NCBI GenBank assembly: GCA_964436855.1
Contig: CAYTED010000004.1
Span: forward strand, 67,627-131,626
DNA: 64,000 nucleotides
DNA from: an uncultured Bdellovibrionales bacterium
GTDB lineage: Bacteria > Patescibacteriota > Minisyncoccia > Moranbacterales > UBA1568
Direction of reading: 5' to 3'
Translations under genes and position numbers: made by a program
The notes under the pieces: generated by a model
The model's database searches: none
What the model saw: only the letters and a program-made list of their open reading frames with translations
Told to the model about the DNA's origin: nothing
Shown here: piece after piece, positions 7,691 through 17,103 of the stretch
Layout of the letters: each line of letters starts with the position of its first letter
Position numbering within the stretch: the first letter of the stretch is position 1

Positions 7691-8779
7691 ATGGACCAAG
7701 AAATACTCACCTCTATCGAACAGGAACTTCGAGAAATCGAGAGGATATTGTCGCTCCCGGAAACTCTGGGGGATCAAAAAAAACTCGCGACTCTCGGACG
7801 AAGAAAATCCGAACTGGATACGCTCCTCGCGCTTGTACGCGAGCTCAAATCGGCCGAAGAAACTATGCGGGATAATGCTCTTCTCACACAAGAAGATGAT
7901 CCCGACATCAAAGCGCTCGCTCTCGAAGAAAATATCACACTCGCCGAACGGATTCCCGTACTGGAAAAAGCCATCGAATCAGCGCTTCTTCCAAAAGATC
8001 CCCGAGATGAAAAAGATATTATTCTCGAAATTCGAGCCGGCGCGGGCGGCGATGAATCCTCTTTGTTTGCGTCAGAACTGTTTCGAATGTACGTTCACTA
8101 TGCCGAAAAGCAGGGTTGGAAAACAAGCATTCTTCACACCAATGAAACCGGCCTCGGCGGTATCAAAGAAATTATCGCCGAAATCTCGCAAGGATTTTCC
8201 GACACGCCGGTGTATCGAAAACTGAAATTTGAATCCGGCGTACACCGCGTGCAGCGCATACCCGAAACCGAAAAAGCCGGGCGCGTCCACACCTCGACCG
8301 TAACCGTCGCCGTTCTTCCTACCGCGGAAGAAATCGATATTCACATCAATCAGAACGATCTTCGTATCGACACCTTTTGCTCTTCCGGTCCGGGCGGGCA
8401 ATCGGTCAATACGACATACAGCGCCGTCCGTATCACACACCTTCCGACCGGACTCGTTGTTTCTTGTCAGGATGAAAAATCGCAAATAAAAAATCGCGAA
8501 AAAGCGATGAAAGTTCTCCGCTCTCGACTCCTCCAAGCCGAAGAAGAACGACGTGCGAAAGAACTCGGTGACCTTCGAAAAAACCAAATCGGCTCGGGAG
8601 ATCGAAGCGAAAAAATCCGAACCTACAACTTCCCGCAAGATCGTATTACCGATCACCGTATAAAGGAATCGTGGAGCAATCTCCCCGGAATACTTGACGG
8701 AGGCATCGGTCCCGTAGTCGATCGTCTCGAAGAAGAAGATATGCGACTCCGAATGGAAGAAAAAAAGTCTTCGTTATGA
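7691..8779 (+). CDS. prfA: Peptide chain release factor 1
   Basis: [26 protein letters not shown] (PxT motif), GPGGQSVN and [19 protein letters not shown]. Confidence 0.97.
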   Translation: MDQEILTSIEQELREIERILSLPETLGDQKKLATLGRRKSELDTLLALVRELKSAEETMRDNALLTQEDDPDIKALALEENITLAERIPVLEKAIESALLPKDPRDEKDIILEIRAGAGGDESSLFASELFRMYVHYAEKQGWKTSILHTNETGLGGIKEIIAEISQGFSDTPVYRKLKFESGVHRVQRIPETEKAGRVHTSTVTVAVLPTAEEIDIHINQNDLRIDTFCSSGPGGQSVNTTYSAVRITHLPTGLVVSCQDEKSQIKNREKAMKVLRSRLLQAEEERRAKELGDLRKNQIGSGDRSEKIRTYNFPQDRITDHRIKESWSNLPGILDGGIGPVVDRLEEEDMRLRMEEKKSSL

Positions 8780-9666
8780 CCCTTCAATCCGTTCTTCGTC
8801 GTTTTCGGACTTCCGTTTCTCCGGAAGACATCACTCTCCTTGCCGCGCACGCGATCAGACGCGACCGAGTATTTGTCTACGCGCATCCGGAACATACTCT
8901 CTCTCCGATTGAAAAAAATCGGCTCATTCGACTGCTCGAACGGAGAAAACGAAAAGAACCGATCGCGTATCTTCTCGGAAAAAAAGAATTTTTCGGACAT
9001 TCATTTCTCGTACATCGATCTGTTTTGATTCCGCGACCGGAAACGGAAACACTCGTCGAACACACGCTCGAGAAAATCAAAAACCAAACAAAAAAACAAT
9101 ATTCCATCCTCGATATCGGAACCGGAAGTGGAAATATCATTCTCTCGATCGCATCCGAATGGGAAAAATCACATTCGATATTCGACATTCAACATTCGAC
9201 ATTCGATTTCTTGGCGACTGACATTTCTTCTTCCGCGCTCGCCGTGGCAAGAAAAAATGCAAAACGACTCCTGAAAAAAAATCCCGTCGTCTTCCGGAAC
9301 AGCGATCTCTTGAACAATGTCCCGAAAAAATATTTTAAAAACAAGCACTGGATTATCACGGCCAATCTCCCCTACCTCTCCGGAACACTCTATCGAAATA
9401 CGGAAAAGGATGTTCGAGCATACGAACCGAAATCCGCGTTGTTTGCAAAAAATCGAGGAGCGGCCGTTATTCTGTCCCTCCTCCGGGAAATACGAGAAAA
9501 GGTTGCCGAATTCCATCCGGAATCGTTCTTTCTTATTTTGGAAATAAGCCCGGAACAAAGCTCTTTTCTCTTAAAAGAAGCCGGCAACATTCTTCAATCG
9601 AACAAGACGATTCTTCCCGACCTTTCGGGAAAAAATCGATTCATCGTTATCACATCGTCCGTGTAA
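8776..9666 (+). CDS. prmC: Release factor glutamine methyltransferase
   Basis: [30 protein letters not shown] and ANLPY. Overlaps the prfA stop (ATGA). Confidence 0.95.
   Translation: MTLQSVLRRFRTSVSPEDITLLAAHAIRRDRVFVYAHPEHTLSPIEKNRLIRLLERRKRKEPIAYLLGKKEFFGHSFLVHRSVLIPRPETETLVEHTLEKIKNQTKKQYSILDIGTGSGNIILSIASEWEKSHSIFDIQHSTFDFLATDISSSALAVARKNAKRLLKKNPVVFRNSDLLNNVPKKYFKNKHWIITANLPYLSGTLYRNTEKDVRAYEPKSALFAKNRGAAVILSLLREIREKVAEFHPESFFLILEISPEQSSFLLKEAGNILQSNKTILPDLSGKNRFIVITSSV
9173..9207. repeat. Five tandem 7-mers (ATTCRAY) in frame inside prmC
   Basis: ATTCGAT ATTCGAC ATTCAAC ATTCGAC ATTCGAT, read as [11 protein letters not shown]. Confidence 0.85.
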
Positions 9667-9673
9667 CGGCACG

Positions 9674-9714
9674 CAAATGAAAACAGGCCCCGTGAAGAGG
9701 TCTGTTTTCATTTG
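9674..9714. terminator. Bidirectional terminator between prmC and the basic peptide gene
   Basis: CAAATGAAAACAG...CTGTTTTCATTTG, a 13-bp perfect inverted repeat between convergent genes. Confidence 0.75.
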
Positions 9715-9730
9715 AGAGAAAACGAGAAGC

Positions 9731-9820
9731 TTATTTGCGCTTCTTCGTAGCTTTTCTCTTGGTGGCCTTTTTCTTCGTCACCTTCTTGGTCGACTTCTTG
9801 GCCTTTTTCTTTGCTGCCAT
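9731..9820 (-). CDS. 29-aa Lys-rich histone-H1-like peptide (not in the ORF track)
   Basis: MAAKKKAKKSTKKVTKKKATKRKATKKRK*, preceded by GGAAGGAGGTGA-TTGAC-ATG and followed by a terminator. Confidence 0.8.
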   Translation of the reverse strand: MAAKKKAKKSTKKVTKKKATKRKATKKRK

Positions 9821-10179
9821 GTCAATCACCTCCTTCCGTTTTATTTTTTGTTCTGCACAGATCGAAATATGTTCGTCGTGCACGCGAGAAAAATTTCTGA
9901 AACGTTCTTCAAAAATTTTTGCGTACTTTCATTATATACCATTTAAAAAAAATGCAAAGCGTTTTTCATATCATGTCAAGAGAAATTTCCTCCGTGTGTC
10001 GAAAAAGAAAAAATTCAAAAAATATTCTTCTCTTTTGTAATGTGAAAAAAAATTCTTTAAAAGAAAAAACTCCTTTAAAAAAATATTTTCATCGCGTGCA
10101 AAAAAAAGAAAGCGATTTCATTTCAAAAAAACAAAAACGAAGAATCATATAACAATGAAAAAATGGCTTATTGTCGATA

Positions 10180-10208
10180 TTGACACTCCTTCCGTCCGTT
10201 TCTACAGT
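10180..10208 (+). promoter_or_regulatory. Sigma70-type promoter
   Basis: TTGACA-17 bp-TACAGT, about 100 nt upstream of ATG 10307. Confidence 0.65.
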
Positions 10209-10306
10209 AGGGGGAAGGGGGTCGACCCGGCAAAAGACAACCGGGAAATGCTTCAACGAAAGCCGTACCTATACAATCAGTAATTCTAGAAAGGAAGGTG
10301 ATTGCA

Positions 10307-10900
10307 ATGAATGAAGATGAAAAACTCGACTTTCAGGAAGGATCGTCCGAAAAGGCGAAAGTATGGATGCAAGATAATCTCCGAGTCATCGTGAGCGTTT
10401 TCATTGTCGCGGCGATCGCGCTCGGTATCTATTCGTATTCCGGACGAAACAACGATGTCGCAGAAGAGATAGGGATGGATGGAGCGAGTTCCAGCGCGAC
10501 AACAGAAGGCGGATCGGCCGATGCATCCGCTCAAACAAAAGAATCCGACAAAGAAATGATGAAGAAGCCGGTTGTCCCGGCCGAACTCTCCAAGGAAACC
10601 GAAACGGCATTTATCGAATCGGCGGCAAGAGGAGAAGGATCGACGCATCTCGCGCGACGAGCGCTCGCAAATTATCTCGAGAAAAATCCAGACTCGTCAC
10701 TCTCGAAAGAGCAGAAGGTATATATCGAAGACTTCCTGCGCAAGAACACTCGTTACGCAAAGGGTGGTGTCCATCCGGGAACTTCTGTAGAATTCTCAAA
10801 ATCGCTCATCGAACAAGGTATCGCGAAATCGAAAACCTTAAACGAGCGACAACTTGAAAATCTCAAGAAGTATTCCGCTCGGGCTCCGTCTCTCACGTAA
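10307..10900 (+). CDS. Single-TM hypothetical protein
   Basis: SD AAGGAAGGTGA, TM helix VIVSVFIVAAIALGIYSY, and a terminator downstream. Confidence 0.8.
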   Translation: MNEDEKLDFQEGSSEKAKVWMQDNLRVIVSVFIVAAIALGIYSYSGRNNDVAEEIGMDGASSSATTEGGSADASAQTKESDKEMMKKPVVPAELSKETETAFIESAARGEGSTHLARRALANYLEKNPDSSLSKEQKVYIEDFLRKNTRYAKGGVHPGTSVEFSKSLIEQGIAKSKTLNERQLENLKKYSARAPSLT

Positions 10901-10943
10901 TATCTATCTTTCATTTACCCCGTTCTTTTTCTTATCTCCAATA

Positions 10944-10972
10944 CCAAAGCCCCGCAACGGCGGGGTTTTTGG
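10944..10972. terminator. Intrinsic terminator between convergent genes
   Basis: CCAAAGCCCCGC-AACG-GCGGGGTTTTTGG. Confidence 0.7.
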
Positions 10973-10976
10973 TTTG

Positions 10977-12404
10977 TCAAAACTCTACCGAATCACCAAG
11001 GTGAATATCGGCGGCCTCCCCGCCGTTTACCTCAAGCACCGAATCCGCGTTGATCGAAGGACCAAACGAGTCGGTTCGTTCCGGGGAAATATTTCGTTCG
11101 ATATATATAACCGTTCCGTTTCGAATCCACACAATATCAAGCGGAAACTCCATTCCCTTCATCCAAAATTGATACGGGAAAGCTTCCGAAAACAAAAAGA
11201 GCATTCCTGTGCCGGGAGCAAGTGTCGCGCGATATCCAAGCCCTCGTTCCGGTTCGGATGGATCATCGGCAACCTCAACACTCCACACGTGCTCCCGAAT
11301 ACGAATTTCTTTTTCAGTATTTCGAACTCCAAAGAAAAAGAAAAAAGAAAGTAACACTATGCCAACTATGAGGAAAAACAGGCTTCGACTTTTTGATCGC
11401 TTACGACGTTCTTGAAAAAGAAAAAGGAGAAAAAACAACACCGCCACCGATAAAAAGGCCACCACCTTATACCGAGTCGAAAACGATACGGCAAACAAAG
11501 CGACAAGAAGCGTGATCCCGGTCAGAGCGATAAAAATACGCCGCATCGTCCACCCGGCTTCCAAAAGTGAAAAATGAAAATGTCGCCGATCGGCCTGAAA
11601 AAGAGAATCCCCCGAAAAAAGCCTCTTCAGAAGCACGATCGCCGCATCCAGTACCGGAAAGGATAAGATAAGAAGGGTGGTCGCTATTTTTGAACCGGCA
11701 AAAATAGAAATCGTGGCGAGTGAAAAACCAACGAACATCGATCCGGTTGTTCCGGCAAGTATGCGAGCAGGAGGGGCATTCAAGAGAAGAAATCCAAAAA
11801 CGGAACCGGCAAGCGCGGCGGCGAGAATGGCAACCGGCGGCTGATTGACTTCCGGCCGAAGACTGACAAAGAAAACAGCACCCGCAGCGATCACTCCAAC
11901 ACTTCCAAGCAGTCCATCGGCGCCATCAAGCCAATTGACCGAATTCATAATAACGAGAAACCAGAAAAGCGTTACCGAAAAAGAAAGGAGAAAGTACTCC
12001 GAACTCGGAAATGAAATCGTCCCTCCTCCGAAAGGATTGGTGATATATTCGATACGAACGAGAAAGAGATAGGAAAGAATGGCGATTCCAAACTGAAAAA
12101 GCATCTGTGTTTTCCAATCAAGCTCGGAAAAATCATCAAACAAACCAAATACGAGAATAAGCCCGCCGGCAAGAAACATCCCCATAATCGGCTTTGTCAA
12201 AACAAGAGCGGGATGAAACGCAATGACGAGAAAAAAAGCGGCGATTATCGCCACTCCCCCCAACCGCGAAAGAGTTCCATTTCCAATATGTCGCTTCCCG
12301 ACACGCCCTCGAAAATATTTTCCCGGTAACAACGAAAAAAAGAGGGAGAGGGAGAGGGAAATGCCGAGAGCGGCAAAGAAGGGAATGAGATAGAGGTAAA
12401 CCAT
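10977..12404 (-). CDS. WecA/TagO/MraY-family polyprenyl-phosphate HexNAc-1-P transferase fused to a C-terminal DUF192 domain
   Basis: RLGGVAI, GLFDD, MNSVNWLDGADGL and ADRRHFH. The C-terminus VEVAD..ERGL..R..GMLFLF..FWMKGMEFPLDIVWI..VLEV is the DUF192 pattern. Confidence 0.88.
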   Translation of the reverse strand: MVYLYLIPFFAALGISLSLSLFFSLLPGKYFRGRVGKRHIGNGTLSRLGGVAIIAAFFLVIAFHPALVLTKPIMGMFLAGGLILVFGLFDDFSELDWKTQMLFQFGIAILSYLFLVRIEYITNPFGGGTISFPSSEYFLLSFSVTLFWFLVIMNSVNWLDGADGLLGSVGVIAAGAVFFVSLRPEVNQPPVAILAAALAGSVFGFLLLNAPPARILAGTTGSMFVGFSLATISIFAGSKIATTLLILSFPVLDAAIVLLKRLFSGDSLFQADRRHFHFSLLEAGWTMRRIFIALTGITLLVALFAVSFSTRYKVVAFLSVAVLFFLLFLFQERRKRSKSRSLFFLIVGIVLLSFFFFFGVRNTEKEIRIREHVWSVEVADDPSEPERGLGYRATLAPGTGMLFLFSEAFPYQFWMKGMEFPLDIVWIRNGTVIYIERNISPERTDSFGPSINADSVLEVNGGEAADIHLGDSVEF

Positions 12405-12407
12405 ATA

Positions 12408-12809
12408 CTAATAGTTCACAAGCGCCACCGCTCCGGCGGCAAGCGCCACCATCGCCTCAAGAAGAACGAGAGAAAGGAGTACACCGAATGAAAGCACCTT
12501 TTCCCGAAGAAAGACGAAAAGATAACGTGAGAGCATTGTATGCAATAAGAAAAACAACAATCCAACAAACGGGACAAAATACGCCTCCCACCATTCCCCG
12601 ATAACATCGACACCGAAATAAACATTGTAATGAAGCACAACCGGTGTCTCCCGTTTTCCAACAAAATACCATAATATTCCAAACGAAATGAGAAGCAAAA
12701 ACGCGCTGACCCCAAGCAAAGTTCTCACCATACCATTCTTCCAAAAACTCGGATCGGAAAGAAAAATATCTTCATTTTCCTTCAATTGATTGTGTATGGC
12801 GAGTTTCAT
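12408..12809 (-). CDS. 3-TM membrane protein (DUF1648-like)
   Basis: Three hydrophobic helices and the motif PVVLHYNVYFGVD. Confidence 0.7.
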   Translation of the reverse strand: MKLAIHNQLKENEDIFLSDPSFWKNGMVRTLLGVSAFLLLISFGILWYFVGKRETPVVLHYNVYFGVDVIGEWWEAYFVPFVGLLFFLLHTMLSRYLFVFLREKVLSFGVLLSLVLLEAMVALAAGAVALVNY

Positions 12810-12817
12810 AATCAAAA

Positions 12818-13921
12818 TCACACGGAAGATTCTCGAGAGTCCGAAAGCATACCATCTTCTTTCCCCTCCTTCTCGGATCGTTCTTCTTCTCCAAGGAGAC
12901 GCGCCCGGTCAATTTGATGCGTAACACGATCAAGACGCTTATCAGTTTCTTCATACTTTTTCCACGCGCTGCCAATATGCTTCCCAAGCACCTCGAATTC
13001 ATTGGAAAATTTTTCATATTCCCGAGACAAGCGCTCAAGCTCTCCCATAATTTCTTTCGCCCGCTTTTCCACCTGCGTTCCCTGCAAGCCAAGTAAAATA
13101 GTGCGCATATATGCGTAAAACGAATTTGGTGACACCGGAACAACATGGCGGTTATAGAGATACTCAAGAAGATCCTGACTCGCCTCGTCCTTCACGATAA
13201 TTTCATAATAAACGTTCTCGGCGGGGATATACATCAGTGCAAAATCAAGTGTCCCCTCCTCCGGAACAATATACTTTTTTGCGATCGCATCTATATGCTT
13301 TTTAACATCAGAAAGAAATTGCCGGCGCGCATGCAAACGCTCCTCTTCATCATGCGCCGATACGACCCGCCGGAAATTTTCAAGCGGAAATTTCGAATCA
13401 ACACTCACACCACCTCCTGCGAGTCGGATAAACGCATCCACCACCTCTCCATTCCGAAACGAATGCTGTAACTCAAAATGCTCTTTCGGAAGCATCTGCG
13501 CAAGCAAATCTTTCAGCATCAGCTCGCCGAATCCGCCACGAATTTTCGGAGCTTTCAGAATTTCTTGAAGCGAAGCCACCTCTTTCCCTACTTCGAAAAT
13601 TCTTTGATTCGACTCTCGAACTTCCGCAAGCGCCGCGCGAACTTCCGAAAATGACCGCGTTGCTCCATCGAGGCGATCATCGAGACGTTTGGTATTGGCA
13701 TCAAGTTGCCGATCGAGCGTCGCTTGAAAACTGGATATTTGATTTAAAAGGTTTCCGGAAAATCGATGTAGATCATCACCGACCCGACGATTCATCATTT
13801 CGATCCGATTGGCGAATTCTTCTTTCTGTCGATCGGAATGCGACGACCGATACGCCAAAAAAACCGAAAGTCCGGCAAAAAAAACCGCTGTGGCGGCAAG
13901 AAGCAAAACGCCAGTATCCAT
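12818..13921 (-). CDS. rmuC: DNA recombination protein RmuC
   Basis: N-terminal TM, coiled coil, RGGFGE, VDSKFPLENF and DFALMYIPAENVY. Confidence 0.93.
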   Translation of the reverse strand: MDTGVLLLAATAVFFAGLSVFLAYRSSHSDRQKEEFANRIEMMNRRVGDDLHRFSGNLLNQISSFQATLDRQLDANTKRLDDRLDGATRSFSEVRAALAEVRESNQRIFEVGKEVASLQEILKAPKIRGGFGELMLKDLLAQMLPKEHFELQHSFRNGEVVDAFIRLAGGGVSVDSKFPLENFRRVVSAHDEEERLHARRQFLSDVKKHIDAIAKKYIVPEEGTLDFALMYIPAENVYYEIIVKDEASQDLLEYLYNRHVVPVSPNSFYAYMRTILLGLQGTQVEKRAKEIMGELERLSREYEKFSNEFEVLGKHIGSAWKKYEETDKRLDRVTHQIDRARLLGEEERSEKEGKEDGMLSDSRESSV

Positions 13922-13929
13922 AAAGTACG

Positions 13930-14535
13930 CTATTTTTTAATGCCAGCGATAAAACGTTTCAATTCGGGAACACGATTCACGACCTCCTCGTATGGACCCT
14001 CGAGAAATTCGATAAAAAAACGATCGAGCATATTCAGTCGATACTGAAACTCCTCACTTGTCATAAGAACAAAACGAACTTCTTTTCCGATCTCCGCCTC
14101 AAGATGCGCAAGTGCCTGCTTTAATTTCGATCGATTCAAATGATTAACGACCAAGATAAGATCAGCCTTCGCCTTCGCATGATTGAGAAATACTCCGGAA
14201 ACAAGTGCGAGCTTGACCTCTCCAACTTGCTTTAATCGCCGAAAAACCTGCGACTGCGCACTAACATTCAGTTTCGCCACCAGGCCGAGCAGCTCGTGAA
14301 AAAACGGAAATTCACGATTCATCGAATAATACTTCTTTCCTCGTTTCGTTTTGCTTCCGACAAAGTGGAGTCGCTCCAGCCGTCCGACCTCAAGAGAAAT
14401 AGCAGGACGGCTCAACAAGGTTTTTTCCGAAATATCGGCGGTGGAAAATTCTCCATCCGGATTCAGAACAAAAAAACGAATGAGACGGGCGCGAGCTCTC
14501 GACCCAAACAAAGACTCAAAAATTTCGAGCGACAT
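13930..14535 (-). CDS. Winged-helix + degenerate nucleotidyltransferase-fold protein
   Basis: LFGSRARARLIRFF...EVGRLERL (wHTH) and LVSGVF...ADLILV...EAEIGKEV (NTase-like). Start set at MSLEIF. Confidence 0.7.
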   Translation of the reverse strand: MSLEIFESLFGSRARARLIRFFVLNPDGEFSTADISEKTLLSRPAISLEVGRLERLHFVGSKTKRGKKYYSMNREFPFFHELLGLVAKLNVSAQSQVFRRLKQVGEVKLALVSGVFLNHAKAKADLILVVNHLNRSKLKQALAHLEAEIGKEVRFVLMTSEEFQYRLNMLDRFFIEFLEGPYEEVVNRVPELKRFIAGIKK

Positions 14536-14640
14536 AATTCCTTTCAATTCATAATCAATCACCACCGTACCCTCCCAAGTATACGGGAACAGAAACAGGT
14601 CGTCAAAACACCGGTTTCTTTCCCGAAAAAGAAAGTTCTG

Positions 14641-14649
14641 TGGTATAAT
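14641..14649 (+). promoter_or_regulatory. Extended -10 promoter, nearly leaderless
   Basis: TGGTATAAT ends 10 nt before ATG 14660. Confidence 0.55.
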
Positions 14650-14659
14650 TTTATCGATT

Positions 14660-16993
14660 ATGCGCGAAAAACGACATCGAATCACACCTCTTCCGGATAA
14701 AAAAATCGAGAGAAAAATCGAGGAGATATGTATCGCAAAAAATCGAACGGTCATGCCGTTTGTTTTGTCGTTTTCATACGAAGCCGAAAACATCGCTCTT
14801 TCGCCGCTCGGCAATTTATCCGGAGTTTTTTCTATTTCCGAACACGAAAGTGATTCGGCATATATCGGCAACTGCCTTGCCGCTGTCATCAAAAAAGAAT
14901 ACTTCGCCAATCCAAAAAAAAACACCGGGGACGCTTTTGAGGCCTCTCTTCATAAAACCAATCTGACTCTCGCAAAGCTCGTACAAGAGGGTCATGTCAG
15001 TTGGATCGGGAAGCTGCACGGCGCCATTATCGCCATACAAAAAGACGAGATTCATTTTTCCATATCCGGAAACGGTGCAGCACTCCTTTGCCGAAACGAC
15101 ATCTGTTCGGAAATCAGCGAGGGAATGAGCTCGGAAGAATCCAGTGAAAATCCCTTGAAAACATTCACCGACATCTCAAGTGGAACACTTCTTCCGGGAG
15201 ACAAAGTTCTTCTTTCCACTCCGGAATTGCTCGGACTCTTATCCCCCCTGGAAATTGGAAAACAGGCGAAAAAACTTGACCGGGAACGCTTCGCTCAATT
15301 TATAAAAACCGCGCTGATAAACACCTATTCACAAGCAGGTGTTATCATTATCGACATCGTCGAATCCTCCTCCGATTCGAAAGAATCACCACTTCGGTAT
15401 GCCGAAGAAACTAATCTTCCAGCCACATTATTGGACGAATCGGAATCGGCCTCCTATATCGAAAACATCTTCAGTGAACAAACCTTCCGAAAAAAAACGT
15501 CCCGTCGAAAACAAGCAAAAAATCCGCCAAAAGAACCCAAAGAAAAGCCGCTTTCAGTCCCCGGAGAGCGGGAACGAGACTCCGAACATATCGACACTCG
15601 AACAGGACACATCTATCTGCGAGGAGAAGATTTCCACCGCGACACCAACACTTCTCCAAGCGTGTTCTCGGAAACACTTTCCGATATATCCGACCGATTA
15701 TTCCGTTTCTTCGAAAGTTTCGGAAGGATAACCCTGCGCCTGTCTCGATCACTTGGAAAAACCAGTCTTGAATTCGGGAAAAAAATATACACGCAGGGAA
15801 AGTGCCTATTTCAATCAACCATCAGAGCTTTTCGAAAATCAATTTCTCACACACCCTCTTCTCAAATACAAAATCTACGATTTCGCGAAAATGTTTTTGA
15901 TGAAAAACCCCCCTCTTCAACTCCGGAATCCTCCGAAGCCACCCGCCTGAAAAGAATCGTTGTCACACTCCAAAAATCGCTTACGCGCCTGCCTACCTTT
16001 CGTACCCGATTCATACGAAAAGGCGCACTTCAATTGGTTCGTTTTTTCAGGAACACACAAAGAAGTCGCCTTGTAGTCGTAGCGAGTGCAATCACCACAC
16101 TCCTTCTCCTTATTTTCATTGTTTGGTTTTTCTTCAACAGAAAAAATACCGAAACAATTCCTCCTATTAAAACCACGCCAGAAAAGGTTGCTCCCGTATC
16201 ATCGTCGGTACTTCCGCCCGCCGACGAACCAAATGCACAACAAATTTCCGAATTGGAATTGTTCTCCGCGGACGATAGCACATCTTCTCCCACTCTCCCG
16301 ATTCTCCTCAATAACAAACTGTTCGCCATTACCGAAAACGTTCTCGTCAACACCGAAAATAAGCTTTCGCTTCAAATTCCGGAAAGCGCCGCGCCCATAC
16401 TTCGCGCAACCGCTATGAATGACCTCAATGCCATTTTCCTCTACGGATCAGATAAAAAAATGTACCTGTATTATCCGAATGCGAAATCTTTCATCGAAAA
16501 TACCTTTTCCCTCCCGGACAATTTTTCTCCCGACGATATGGGGACATATCTCACCTATCTCTATGTCTTCGATCGAAAACAAGGAAGAATTCTTCGATTC
16601 CCGCGAGCCGAAGGAGGGTTTGGCATACCAAATGAATGGCTCAAAGAAAAAATGTCCTTTTCGGAAAACGCTCAAATAAGTATCGGCGAGAATATCCTCA
16701 TCGGATCGGAAAACACGATTTTTTCTTTCTCGAAAGGAAGAGGCGCACCACTCTCTCTTTCGGAAATCAAAACTCCGATAGCTATTCAGGATATCGCCAT
16801 CGTCGAGGACAGCTCATTTGCCGCACTTGATGCCAAAAACAAAAGAATCGTCCGATTCGGAAAGGACGGACAACTTCTTGGGCAATACTACAGCGAACGT
16901 CTCGGGGAGGCGCGATCCATCGCCGTTTCCTCAAATGGAACCGCCGTCTATGCGGCCGTCGGAAGCAAGATTTTTCTTTTTGAGATACAGTAA
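14660..16993 (+). CDS. PP2C-like N-terminal domain + TM + extracellular beta-propeller protein
   Basis: PP2C-like strand pattern (GAIIAIQ..IHFSISGNG..LLCR; SGTLLPGDKVLLST), TM VVVASAITTLLLLIFIVWFFF and NHL-like blades (YLYVFD, ALDAKNKRIVRF). Confidence 0.7.
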   Translation: MREKRHRITPLPDKKIERKIEEICIAKNRTVMPFVLSFSYEAENIALSPLGNLSGVFSISEHESDSAYIGNCLAAVIKKEYFANPKKNTGDAFEASLHKTNLTLAKLVQEGHVSWIGKLHGAIIAIQKDEIHFSISGNGAALLCRNDICSEISEGMSSEESSENPLKTFTDISSGTLLPGDKVLLSTPELLGLLSPLEIGKQAKKLDRERFAQFIKTALINTYSQAGVIIIDIVESSSDSKESPLRYAEETNLPATLLDESESASYIENIFSEQTFRKKTSRRKQAKNPPKEPKEKPLSVPGERERDSEHIDTRTGHIYLRGEDFHRDTNTSPSVFSETLSDISDRLFRFFESFGRITLRLSRSLGKTSLEFGKKIYTQGKCLFQSTIRAFRKSISHTPSSQIQNLRFRENVFDEKPPSSTPESSEATRLKRIVVTLQKSLTRLPTFRTRFIRKGALQLVRFFRNTQRSRLVVVASAITTLLLLIFIVWFFFNRKNTETIPPIKTTPEKVAPVSSSVLPPADEPNAQQISELELFSADDSTSSPTLPILLNNKLFAITENVLVNTENKLSLQIPESAAPILRATAMNDLNAIFLYGSDKKMYLYYPNAKSFIENTFSLPDNFSPDDMGTYLTYLYVFDRKQGRILRFPRAEGGFGIPNEWLKEKMSFSENAQISIGENILIGSENTIFSFSKGRGAPLSLSEIKTPIAIQDIAIVEDSSFAALDAKNKRIVRFGKDGQLLGQYYSERLGEARSIAVSSNGTAVYAAVGSKIFLFEIQ

Positions 16994-17103
16994 TACCTTC
17001 AAATCTCGCGGTTTCTCTTTCTTTGCCAATCACCGTATTTTCTCTTGCCAACATTCCACAGTGAAACCGTCGAAAAACACAGATCACTTTTTACCTCTTC
17101 TTT

